From Lytechinus pictus (Eukaryota), in the NCBI RefSeq assembly GCF_037042905.1, contig NC_087250.1, forward strand, positions 20,896,001-20,960,000: a stretch of 64,000 nucleotides of DNA. The letters run 5' to 3'. Below the pieces are notes generated by a model, which saw only the letters and a list, made by a program, of their open reading frames with translations, did not search any database and was not told the origin of the DNA. The translations under genes were made by a program, and so were the position numbers. This document shows positions 14,205 to 26,300 of this stretch, piece by piece. How positions within the stretch are numbered: the first letter of the stretch is position 1; each line of letters starts with the position of its first letter.

Positions 14205-14882
14205 TGAAAGAAAGCCAATTCCAGACTGGTTTTGCAGTGGTAAAGGTATTTTAATCCAAGAAAGACAGCCTCGCTGCAGAGACATAAATAATAAAAATAC
14301 AACGTAAATACATATTGATAAAATAACATCATATGACCCATGTACAACATTTATTCCATGTGATAATTTACAATTATTTCAATAAATAGTTTATACAATA
14401 TTATGATTATAAGTCTCAATATGACATTTCTTTATTCTTGCTTCACACATAAGGGTTGATAAAAATTCATATAAAGTAATCCCATAGGCATCAATAATTA
14501 GTAAGTAAGAGTAAAATACATGATCACACAAAGTTTACAAGTATACAGTAGTATAATAACAATAATAATTAACTCACTTGTACTTTGACTCAAACTAACA
14601 CGGGGAAGACAACCTTCTTCTTCAAAAGCTCAATCTCTTCTGCCCTCTTCCCGCCAAATTTGTGCTCTAGCTGGCTTGAAAAGAAAGCCTCCTACACCTA
14701 TTGGGGGTACATTATTGCTACCCCCAACTGACTCTTGATTGGTCAAGAGATCAACCCAGCCAAGTATATCCAGGGATGCTTAAGTGCATACCTGAATACA
14801 CTTTGAACAATAGCCATTGTTCACCAAACTACAGCAAATTTAAATAGCCTGATGCAACCCAATAGGGGTAGCCAATTTCACA
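14205..14882 (-). repeat. 5' LTR of the Gypsy element
   Basis: Minus strand TGTGAAAT...CTTTCA, followed after 1 nt by the PBS. Confidence 0.8.
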
Positions 14883-15100
14883 TTTATATCAAAAGTTTCA
14901 CCTACGTCACATTTTAAAAATTATAAATTCAATGACAGAATTATTCGTCCTTTTTACAATGGTACAAAATTTATAAAATTTGATCTATGTTTAGAGCAGT
15001 AATGACCGAATTAAAGGAGTTGTTTGGTCAACACCTACCTTATTAAAGCTCATTAAATATGGAAAACTTCTACAGTCACGAATATCACCGAAATAATTAA

Positions 15101-15607
15101 AGGACAAGTCCATCTCAACACAATGTTGATTCAAATAAAAAGAAAAAATCCAAAAAGCATAACACTGAAAATTTCATCAAAATCGGATGTAAAATAAGAA
15201 AGTTATGGCATTTTAAAGTTTCACTTAATTTTAAAAAATAGTTACATGCACATCCGGTCAGTATGCAAATGAGGGAACTGATGACATCACTCACTCACTG
15301 TTTCTTTTGTATTTTATGATATGACATATTCTAATTTTCCCATCATTGTCCTGTGAAACAAAGTTTTATATCTCCCTGAACATGTGGCATTACCATTGTT
15401 TAACATGTCATGGTTCAGTGAAGTCGGTCCTTATTGTCAAATCTGTAAAAATTGAAATATTGTAAAATTCAAACAATAAAAAAACAACAGAAAATAGTGA
15501 GGGACATCATCGATTCCCTCATTTGCATGTGGCTAAATTATGCCTATAACTATCTGATTTTCCTCTATTGATTCAAATCAAAAGAATTTCTGAAGTGGAC
15601 TATAGCT
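15101..15607. mobile_element. Palindromic MITE with TTAA-AGG termini (Kolobok-like); copies at ~16825-17421, 23653-24255, 25506-26102, 52520-53117 and partial ~32316-32780
   Basis: ttaaAGGACAAGTCC...GGACT...CTttaa ends and long internal inverted arms (aaatcggatgtaaaataagaaag / catccgatttt). Confidence 0.78.
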
Positions 15608-16015
15608 TTAAGCTTCTTTTTGAGGGCCTGCTGACTGACTGTATTGCAATTTCTTCATGGGTGATTTCTATTCACATCAAAGATATGAAGTGAATGATGG
15701 TGTTGTCTTTATTTCATGGTTATTACACCCATTACGATATTACAGTGTTTCCATAGATCAAAAACAAACTTCCCGAGACAGAATCCAGAATTTCACGGAG
15801 TGCGAGCGGAAATGTACGTATCGAGGTAAAAAATAAAATAAAATCTGTAAATATACATGGAACATGATTATTGACAGTTTGTACGTCAATTGTTTTTTCA
15901 GTTCCCAAACCCCTGTCTGGAAGATGTCGGAATACCTCGAATTTTCCGCTTTCAGGGTAGGTGAGAACATACTGCGGGAGCCGGTTGAAAGGTTACAATG
16001 CATGGGTAAGATTTT

Positions 16016-16080
16016 AGACCAAGAAAAATGTAAATCTTTGGTCTGCCAAAAGTTGGAAATCAAATTTAAAACTTATTTAC
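16016..16080 (-). ncRNA. Candidate Sm-class small RNA (variant AACUUUUGG); paralogue at ~24703-24765
   Basis: AACUUUUGG followed by AGACCAAAGA...UCUUGGUCU hairpin. Confidence 0.25.
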
Positions 16081-17724
16081 ATTGTAATTAGCAAAATTTG
16101 GCAATTCCTTATTAGTAATTTTTATTTGTAAAATATGTTCTAGTTTTAAGAATTGTTAGTCTATGAATATTTATTCAACTATATCTTACAGGGCAATTTT
16201 TCTCATAGAATTTTCTTAAAATGTTATTTTTTTTAAAAAGCCACTACATTTAATTAACTTTCTTTAAGTTGGTGTTTGGATATTTCTGGATGGAAACGGA
16301 CGTTAACATTACATAGTCGATCACTTGATATTTGCTATTTGTGTTGTGTGTTATAACAAATAGCCCAGATATAACTACCTGCTCCAACATTCCAGGAAAA
16401 ATAAGATTTTACCTCGAACAAATTACAATGCATATATTTTTTTCACTACAGTGCATTTCTCATGAATAATGATGGTAATATCGTGATGAAAATAACACCA
16501 TTATTGATTTTTCTAACTAATATCACAGAGAGGGGGGACAAGAGGGGGAGGGGGGGGGGTGGGAATGTGGATCATCATTCGTAAGAGTGTTTTGAGGTGA
16601 TGTTGAAACACTTTTGGTGATCTAAAGCAATTTTCAGATTTCCTGGAACGGTATAACAGTTTTTTTTTTATCATTGGCGTTTTCATTTTCATTCGAATTA
16701 AGGATTTATTCCTCCCTGACCATGTGGAATTACCACTATTGTATGTTTGGTAAACACCTACCTTATTAAAGCTCATTAAATATGGAACACTTCTACAGTC
16801 ACGAATATCACCGAAATAAATTAAAGGACAAGTCCATCTCAACACAATGTTGATTCAAATAAAGAGAAAAAATCCAACAAGCATAACTCTGAAACTTTCA
16901 TCCAAATCGGATGTAAAATAAGAAAGTTTTGACATTTTGAAGTTTCGCTTAATTGTACAAAATAGTTATATGCACATACGGTCGGTATGCAAATGAGGGA
17001 ACTGATGACATTACTCACTCACTGTTTCTTTTGTATTTTATGATATGACATATTCTAATTTTCCCATCATTGTCCTTTAAAACAAAGTTTTATTTGTCCC
17101 TGAACATGTGGCATTACCATCGTTTAACATGTTATGGTTCAGTGAAGTCGGTCCTTATTGTCAAATCTGTAAAAATTGAAATATTGTATAATTCAAACAA
17201 TAAAAGAAACAAGAGAAATAGTGAGCGAGGGACATCATCGATTCCCTCATTTGCATGTGGCTAAATTGTGCCTATAACTATTTTGTGAAAAATAAGCGAA
17301 ACTTAAGCATATCATAACTTTTTTATTTCACATCCGATTTTGATGAAATTTTCAGCATTATGCTTGTCTGATTTTTCTTTATTGATTCAAATCAAAAAAT
17401 TTATGAATTGAAATTTAGCTTTAAGCTTCTTTTTGAGGGCCTGCTGACTGTATTGCAATTTCTTCATGGGTGATTTCTATTCACATCAAATATATGAAGT
17501 GAATGATGGTGTTGTCTTTAATTCATGGTTATTATCGTCATGGTAACACCCATTACGATATCACAGTGTTTCCATAGATCAAAAACAAATTTCCCGAAAC
17601 AGAATCCAGAATTTCACGGAGTGCGAGCGGAATGTACGTATCAAGGTAAAAATAAAAAAAAATATGTAAATATACATGGAACATGAATATTGACAGTTTG
17701 TACGTCAATTGCTGTTAGTTGAAA

Positions 17725-18554
17725 CATGGACCTATTACGAATGGACATTCAACGAGAGCATTTTCCTTTTTCCAGCTGTCAAAATTGCTGTCACACAGTT
17801 GACTTTCTCTTTGCGCTTTTTTTGCGACGAGCGCCCGGGGCGGTTGTGTACTCAATCCCTTCTCGGACATTGACAGTCACCGCCCGATCTCTGGCCCTCT
17901 TTCGACCAGATGCGGTCATGTAAGCTCGATTGCTGCGATCAGGGAAAGTCCCTGCATTACCTGTAATGCAATGCGCAATTTATTTCCGGTTTTCAATATA
18001 TTATTTCACGCTGTCAATACTGTGCAATTGTCGTCTGATCATCACAAAAATCCTATTAAATTTCGCCAATCCTCTATAATTTTACGCCCAAACGAAAATC
18101 AACTTGTGACCGAAGGTAAGCGCTACTATCGACATAATTACTGTCCGGAAAAGATGCATTTTAAACGTTTTTTCGCACATTTTTCCGTCAAATTTCAACT
18201 GCTTTTTTGCCGTAGATATAATGATCTGCAAGGTGATGCCAATGCATTTCATGTGCGGTTGTTTGCGATGTATGTAAAAACTACGTTTATGCATGCCTGT
18301 TTTCTTGTTTCTGCAATCATTTTCATAGCGCTAACGTTCGCTGCTGTGCGTTGCTTTTGATAAAGTGAACGAACAACATCGCAATGGGTAGGAGCAGCGT
18401 ACAATTGATTTCCGCTGTCCATCAGTGATAGCGTGTTTTACGATCGGCTTGATGGGCGTCAGCTGCCAGCGCTCTGTTTATAAAAGAATTAGCGGTGACG
18501 GCCTTTGGCCCAAAGGAGGAGATTCGTTGAATGTCCATTTGTGATAAGTCAATG
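17725..18554. mobile_element. Non-autonomous P-like DNA transposon (CAT termini, 7-bp TSD); second copy at 26406-27235
   Basis: Imperfect ~31-bp TIR CATGGACCTATTACGAATGGACATTCAACGA / TCGTTGAATGTCCATTTGTGATAAGTCAATG; TSD GTTGAAA. Confidence 0.8.
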
Positions 18555-18701
18555 GTTGAAATATTATTAATTTCTGGATTTCTTCATTTCCCAAACCCCT
18601 GTCTGGAAAATGTCAAAATATATCGGAACTTTCCGCTAACAGTGTACGTGAAAACATACTGCGGGAACCAGTTGAAAGGTTACATGCATGAGTAAGATAA
18701 T

Positions 18702-18765
18702 AGACCAAGAAAAATGGAAATCTTTGGTCTGCCAAAATTTGGAATCAAATTTAAAACTAAATTTT
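18702..18765 (-). ncRNA. Candidate Sm-class small RNA; near-identical copy at ~27383-27445
   Basis: AAUUUUGG (18739-18732) followed by an AGACC...GGUCU hairpin. Confidence 0.3.
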
Positions 18766-19803
18766 CCTTTAAGTGCATCAAATCGGCAATTGCTTAGTAG
18801 TAATTTTTATTTGTAAAATATGTTCTAGTTTAAGAATTGTTAGTCTATTAATCTTTATTTATCCATATCTTACAGGGCAATTTTTCTTATAGAATTTTTT
18901 AAATGTTAGTTAAAAAAAAAAAGCTACTACATTCAGTTGACATTCTTTAAGTTGGTGTTTGGATATTTCTGGATATTTCTGGATGGAAACGGTCGTTAAA
19001 TTACATAATCGATCACATGATATTTGCTATTATGTGTTGTGTACACAAAATAACCCCAGATATAACTACCTGCTTCAACTTACATTCCAGGAAAAATAAG
19101 ATTTTACTTCGAACAAATTGCAATGCATATATATTTTCACTGCAGTGCATTTCTCATGAATAATGATGATAATATTGATGATGAAAATTACAACACTAAT
19201 AATTATTTTTCTAACTAATTAACAGAGAGGGGGAAGAAAGAGAGGGGTGCAAATGTGGATCATCATTCGTAAAAGTGTTTTGAGGTGATGTTGAAACACT
19301 TTTGGTGATCTAAAGCAATTTTCGGATTTACTGGAACGGTATAACAATTTTTATCATTGGCGTTTTCATTTTTATTCTAATTAAGGATTTATTCCTCCCT
19401 GACCATGTGGAATTACCACTATTTTATCATCATGTGCCCCCCCCCCCTCCCTCCGAGGAACTTACAAATTTTCAAATTTGATTCTGTGTGACCTAAACGG
19501 TTATCATGTTTTCAAAATCAAACCAAAATAAGAAGTTTCTTTTCGTTTGTCCAATCAATATAACTTTTGTTTTCTTCCTATTGACATATTAATTCATAAC
19601 TTTTTAATATAAAATGAAATAATAATAATAATAAATGCAATAAAAATAATGATGATGATAATAATGATGATAATGATTATGGTCCTCAAAAAAATAAATG
19701 ACAAATAAACATAACAAACAAATAAATGATATTAGCCCACAGAATTTGAAAGGAAATGAATCAAGCTGATGAACTGTAAATGCTATGGAAAATGTAACTG
19801 TGG

Positions 19804-20774
19804 TTTTTGTCTCACCTGCATAGCAGAGTGAGACTATAGGTGCCGCTTTTCCGACGGCGACGGCGGCGGCGACGGCGGCGGCGGCGTCAACACCAAATCT
19901 TAACCTGAGGTTAAGTTTTTGAAATGACAGCATAACTTAGAAAGTATATGGACCTTGTTCATGAAACTTGGCCATAAGGTTAATCAAGTATTACTGAACA
20001 TCCTGTCTGAGTTTCATGTCACATGACCAAGGTCAAAGGTCATTTAGGGTCAATGAACTTAGACCATGTTGGGGGAATCAACATCAAAATCTTAACCTAA
20101 GGTTAAGTTTTTGAAATGTCATCATAAATTAGAAAATATATGGACCTAGTTCATGAAACTTGTACATAAGGTTAATCAAGTATCACTGAACATCCTGCAT
20201 GAGTTTCACGACACATGACCAAGGTCAAAGGTCATTTAGGGTCAATGAACTTTGGCCGAATTGGGGGTATCTGTTGAATTACCATCATAACTTTGAAAGT
20301 TTATGGATCTGATTCATGAAACTTGGACATAATAGTAATCAAGTATTACTGAACATCCTGTGCAAGTTTCAGGTCACATGATCAAGGTCAAAGGTCATTT
20401 AGGGTCAATGAACTTTGGCCGAATTGGGGGTATTTGTTGAATTACAGCCATAAATTTGAAAGTGTGTTGGTCTAGTTCATAAAACTTGGACATAAGAGTA
20501 ATCAAGTATCACTGAACATCCTGTGCGAGTTTCAGGTCACATGATCAAGGTCAAAGGTCATGTAAGGTCAAAGAACTTTGGCCATGTTAGGGGTATTTGT
20601 TGAATTGCCATCATATCTCTATAAGTGTATTGGTCTAATTCATAAAACGTGGAAATACGAGTAACCAAGTATCACTGAACATCTTGTGCGAGTTATAGTA
20701 GTTTTCAAAATCAGCACTGCTGCTATATTGAATCGCGTGATGCAGGTGAGACGGCCAGAGGCATTCCACTTGTT
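19804..20774 (+). mobile_element. Helentron-type non-autonomous element (HINE/DINE-like) with internal tandem repeats
   Basis: Subterminal inverted repeats GTCTCACCTGCAT (19809) and ATGCAGGTGAGAC (20740), a (GGC)n tract, four ~163-192 bp repeats (catgaccaaggtcaaaggtcatttagggtc), and insertion into a T run with no TSD. Absent from paralogous modules. Confidence 0.72.
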
Positions 20775-23077
20775 AAGTAATATGAGAGAGGGGAAGGAGA
20801 GAGTAAAGGGTGGTACAAATATGGATCATTATTCGTAAAAAGAGTTTGTTTGGGTGACGTTGCAACAGCGTGGGTGATTTCAATAATTTTTAGGTTTCAT
20901 GGAATGGTGTAACATTTTTCTTCATTTTCATCAAAGATAATATCTTTGTTTACCTGAATATTTTTTCACATCATAGTCAACAAGAGAATGGTAGCGTTTG
21001 GTATATGATACCAGAGAAACCAAAGTTTCTGTTCCGCCAGAATTTGTAGACAAAATAATTTCGTGATAATAACTATTCAGGGCATTAGCTGTGCATAATA
21101 ATCATTAAGTAAATTTTAATCTATTTTATAAAATGTTGGATTGTAATTTTTTTTTTATATATATTTTTAGTAGTACAATATTTCATTAAAAAATTTGTTT
21201 TTTTTTTGGTGTGTGGACATAATAAAAAGAAGTTAAAAAGCGCAGTGATTTTAATATAATCGATTATATAATTATTTGCTGTCTGTAATTACTTTGCTTT
21301 GCTGTGTCCTCTCCTATCATGAAGAGTACCGAAATGTGACGTCATGATGTCATGACAACGAACCGGCTGGTTCTAAACTTAGTCTCAGCTGCACGATCGT
21401 CTATACACATTTGTATTTGCAAAAATGGTGATGGGATTTATCTCTAATTGTTACCATCATTCTGAGAGTCACAACAAGGCGCCGGTTCATTAAGCTCTTC
21501 GTAAGACCGACTTTAAGAACGACTGGTGATGCTTTCTTAAGGTACAGATGGTATACTTGGCGATGGTTTAGCGCGTAAAATAGAATCGCCAGTCGTTCTT
21601 AAAGTCGCTTCTAACTTATGAACAGCTTTATGAAACGGCCCACGGGTTCATTTTGTTTAGAACCAGGCTTGTCTGCTCTGCAAACCCTTTACTCGAGTAA
21701 AGGGTCTGAATTGCAGCCTACTCATGCCTTGTGTACTGAAGGCCCTCTCGCTCAGGCAAGTTTTCTATGTGATAGTCTTTGCGTGGAGACACACTTGTTG
21801 ATCAAAGTTTCAATCAGGGTCTGTGCATGTAGGCTAGAACCAGGCCGCCATGACACCATGGCAACTGACGTCATCTCTTCGGTACTCTATATGATAATCC
21901 TTTGGAACCAACCTGCGTTTATACTACAGGAAAAATAAGGCTTCACCTCGAACACATTGCAAAGCACATATTTTTCACTGCAATGCATTTCTGTTAGATA
22001 ATAATGATAATAAATTATGGTAATAATGATAATAATCACGATGATTTAAACTAATATAAAAAAATAAAGAGGAAAGAGAGAGAGAAAGAGAGCGACAGAG
22101 AGCAATGTAGATCATTATCCGTAGACCCCCCCCCCCCCCCCCCCCGGTATTTCCACCTTGAAGCAAACTTCCGGATCATTTTCAGGTAATTTTCGGGAAA
22201 TGAAAAAGTTCATGGAAATTTAGGGAAATCCGAAAATTACTCTAAAACAACAATTAAACGTAGCCACTTTCATTATCCGTCATAATCATAATCTAGACAG
22301 ATGATTGTTCTAAATCTCCTCATGACTGTGACCAAAGAGAGTTCCAACTAATGTCACGAAAGTGCCATGAATCCCGGTATCTGAAGTCACAACCTGGGAA
22401 TAGTACCCCGAGCCGTGACGTCAGACGTAAATAATTCAAACACTATTTACTAGTGGGCGGGGTTTAACCCAAACTTATGTCCCATGTGCACGTATACAAT
22501 GCGCGTATGTGATCAAGCCAGGGGCATCACCAAAGCTAATTAATAGAACTGATGAATTCTCCCTCAAAGATTGCTATTCATTCAGTGATAATTACATTCC
22601 TTTCTGATGTTAATTCCGATGATGGATATAAATCAAATATATACGGCCTTCGATCCAGTGGCGTACCATGGGTCACGGCTTTAGGGGGGCACCAGCAAAA
22701 CTTTTTAGTCACTTAATGAGCGCACGAAGCTGCCATATATACTGAACTAATAGAGACATTTTAAGCACAGTGTAATTAAACGGATATGCATCTCACTGAT
22801 CAAATAATGCGAGCGCGAAGCGCGAGCTGAAAATTTGCAATGTTTGTACATAGCTGATTCAACGAGTCTGCATAGCAGACTAGCCCTGGAGTGGAAGCCT
22901 TATGAATGTTGGGTTGTGTGTTGTCTCTTTGACCAATCAGAGTGCTGCATTCTTGCTTGTAAGCTGGGAAATAAAGGTGGATGCTGACCGTATTCCAACA
23001 CCTGGATCTGGATCTGGATCTGGATGTAATACAGTGCAGGACCGTTAGGTATAATGCACCAATAGTCTATTTAATTA

Positions 23078-23322
23078 CACTGCAAAAACTCCGGTGGAGA
23101 TTTAACACCAGCCTGGAATCTATATATGTCCACACCAGAGAAGTGTTAAACAACACCAGTTTGTTTTTGGTCTAACACCAGAAAGGTGTTTATACAATTA
23201 ACACCAATTATATTAAAACAGCATCGGTTAGATTCCAAACTTATGTTGTTTCAATACTTCTCTGGTGTGGACATATATAGATTCCGGGCTGGTGTTAAAA
23301 CAACACCGGAGTTTTTGCAGTG
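23078..23322. mobile_element. MITE with TA TSD
   Basis: TIR CACTGCAAAAACTCCGGTG; empty site 'ttaatTAaag' in the duplicate at ~11770. Confidence 0.9.
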
Positions 23323-26300
23323 TAAAGCTTATATCTTCAGCTTTATTGTGATTTATAAATCATCTTGGCTCAAACAGAAATAAAGTATTAAAATAACAAC
23401 TTTTGCAAAGTAAAAATAATTATTTTGTAGCATGTTTTATATCAAAAGTTTCACCTACGTCACATTTTTAAAATTATAAATTCAATGACAGAATGATTCT
23501 TCCTTTTGACAATGGTACCAAAATGATGAAATTTGATCTATGTTTAGAGCAGTAATGACCGAATTAAAGAGTTGTTTGGTCAACACCTAGCTTATTGAAG
23601 CTCATTAAATATGGAAAACTTCTACAGTCACGAATATCACCGAAATAATTAAAGGACAAGTCCATCTCAACACAATGTCGATTCAAATAAAAAGAAAAAA
23701 ATCCAACAAGCATAATACTGAAAATTTCATCCAAATCGGATGTAAAATAAGAAAGTTATGACATTTTGAAGTTTCACTTAATTTTACAAAATAGTTATAT
23801 GCACATCCGGTCAGTATGCAAATGAGGGAACTGATGACATCACACACTCACTGTTTCTTTTGTATTATATGATATGAAATATGACATATTCTAATTTTCT
23901 CATCATTGTCCTGTGAAAAAAAGTTTTATTTCTCCCTGAACGTGTGGCATTACCATTGTTTAACATGTTATGGTTCAGTGAAGTCGGTTCTTATTGTCAA
24001 ATCTGTAAAAATTGAAATATTGTAAACTTCAAACAATAAAAAAACAAGAGACATAATGAGTGAGGGACATCATCGATTCCTTCATTTGCATGTGGCTAAA
24101 TTGTGCCTATAACTATTTTGTGAAAAATAAGCGAAACCTTAAAATATCATAACTTTCTTATTTCACATTCGATTTTGATGAAATTTTCAGCATTATGCTT
24201 GTCTGATTTTTCTCTATTGATTCAAATAAAAAAATTCTGAAGTGGACTTTAGCTTTAAGCTTCTTTATGAGGGACTGCTGACTGACTGTATTGCAATTTC
24301 TTCATGGGTGATTTCTATTTACATCAAAGATATGAAGTGAATGATGGTGTTGTCTTTAATTCATGGTTATTATCGTCATGGTAACACCCATTACGATATC
24401 ACAGTGTTTCCCTAGATCCAAAACAAATTTCCCGAAACTGAATCCAGAATTTCACGAAGTGCGAGCGGAAATGTACGTATCGAGGTAAAAATTAAAAAAA
24501 TCTGTAAATATATACATGGAACATGAATATTGACAGTTTGTACGTCAATTGCTGTTAGTTGAAACATGGACCTTCTGGATTTCTTCATTTCCCAAACCCC
24601 TGTCTGGAAAATGTCGAATTATCTCGGAATTTTCCGCTTACAGGATAGGTGATAACATACTGCGGGAAACAGTTGAAAAGTTACATGCATGGGTAAGAGA
24701 TTAAACCAAGAAAATTGTTAATCTTAGGTCTGCCAAAAGTTAGAAATCAAATTTAAAACTAAATTTTCAATGTTATTGTCAATTTCTTGGCAATTGATTA
24801 TTAGTAAATTTTATTTGTAAAATATGTTCTAGTTTAAGAATTGTTAGTCTATGAATATTTATTCAACTATATCTTACAGGGCAATTTTTCTCATAGAATT
24901 TTCTAAAATGTTATTTTTGAAAAAAAAGCCACTACATTTAATTAACTTTCTTTAAGTTGGTGTTTGGATATTTCTGGATGGAAACGGACGTTAACATTAC
25001 ATAACCGATCACATGATATTTGCTATTTGTGTTGTGTGTTATAACAAATAACCCAGAGATAACTACCTGCTCCAACACTCCAGGAAAAATAAGATTTTAA
25101 ATCGAACAAATTACAATGCATATATATTTCCACTACAGTGCATTTCTCATGAATAATGATGGTAATATCGATGATGAAAATAACACCATTATTGATTTTT
25201 CTAACTAATACCACAGAGAGGGGGGACAAGAGGGGGGGGGGTGCGAATGTGGATCATCATTCGTAAGAGTGTTTTGAGGTGATGTTGAAACACTTTTGGT
25301 GATCTAAAGCAAATTTCAGATTTTCTGGAACGGTATAACAATTTTTTTTTATCATTGGCGTTTTCATTTTCATTCTAACTAAGGATTTATTCCTCCCTGA
25401 CCATGTGGAATTACCACTATTGTATGTTTGGTAAACACCTACCTTATTAAAGCTCATTAAATATGGAACTCTTCTACAGTCACGAATATCACCAAAATAA
25501 ATCAAAGGACAAGTCCATCTCAACACAATGTTGATTCAAATAAAGAGAAAAAATCCAACAAGCATAACTCTGAAACTTTCATCCAAATCGGATGTAAAAT
25601 AAGAAAGTTTTGACATTTTGAAGTTTCGCTTAATTGTACAAAATAGTTATATGCACATACGGTCGGTATGCAAATGAGGGAACTGATGACATCACTCACT
25701 CACTGTTTCTTTTGTATTTTATGATATGACATATTCTAATTTTCACATCATTGTCCTTTAAAACAAAGTTTTATTTGTCCCTGAACATGTGGCATTACCA
25801 TCGTTTAACATGTTATGGTTCAGTGAAGTCGGTCCTTATTGTCAAATCTGTAAAAATTGAAATATTGTATAATTCAAACAATAAAAGAAACAAGAGAAAT
25901 AGTGAGCGAGGGACATCATCGATTCCCTCATTTGCATGTGGCTAAATTGTGCCTATAACTATTTTGTGAAAAATAAGCGAAACTTAAGCATATCATAACT
26001 TTTTTATTTCACATCCGATTTTGATGAAATTTTCAGCATTATGCTTGTCTGATTTTTCTTTATTGATTCAAATAAAAAAATTTATGAATTGAAATTTAGC
26101 TTTAAGCTTCTTTTTGAGGGCCTGCTGACTGTATTGCAATTTCTTCATGGGTGATTTCTATTCACATCAAATATATGAAGTGAATGATGGTGTTGTCTTT
26201 AATTCATGGTTATTATCGTCATGGTAACACCCATTACGATATCACAGTGTTTCCATAGATCAAAAACAAATTTCCCGAAACAGAATCCAGAATTTCACGG

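Larger units (their letters stand above)
11889..14882 (-). mobile_element. Internally deleted Gypsy/Ty3 LTR retrotransposon (5' LTR, PBS, gag, protease)
   Basis: TTTA TSD (11885-11888 and 14883-14886); empty site present in the duplicate at ~23436; LTR at 14205-14882; gag and protease ORFs; RT/RH/IN missing. Confidence 0.92.
9594..19800 (+). repeat. Segmental duplication, copy 1 (copy 2 at ~20880-28700)
   Basis: Colinear high identity: 9594-11888 matches 20881-23440, and 14883-19800 matches 23436-28520. Copy 1 carries the Gypsy insertion; copy 2 carries the MITE at 23078-23322. Confidence 0.93.

Noticed and set aside
17562..17590. RSS-like CACAGTG...TCAAAAACA (also ~26243, ~24400)
   Set aside because: The spacer is 10 nt rather than 12 or 23, the nonamer is imperfect, and there is no RAG/Transib ORF or paired signal.
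17726..18360. ORFs repeated almost identically at 26407-27041 (and 17070/25751, 34511/36879)
   Set aside because: Identity comes from recent duplication of non-coding TE sequence; no recognisable domains.
20000..20700. CRISPR-like regularly spaced repeats
   Set aside because: The whole ~163-bp unit repeats with no unique spacers; eukaryotic context; no cas genes.
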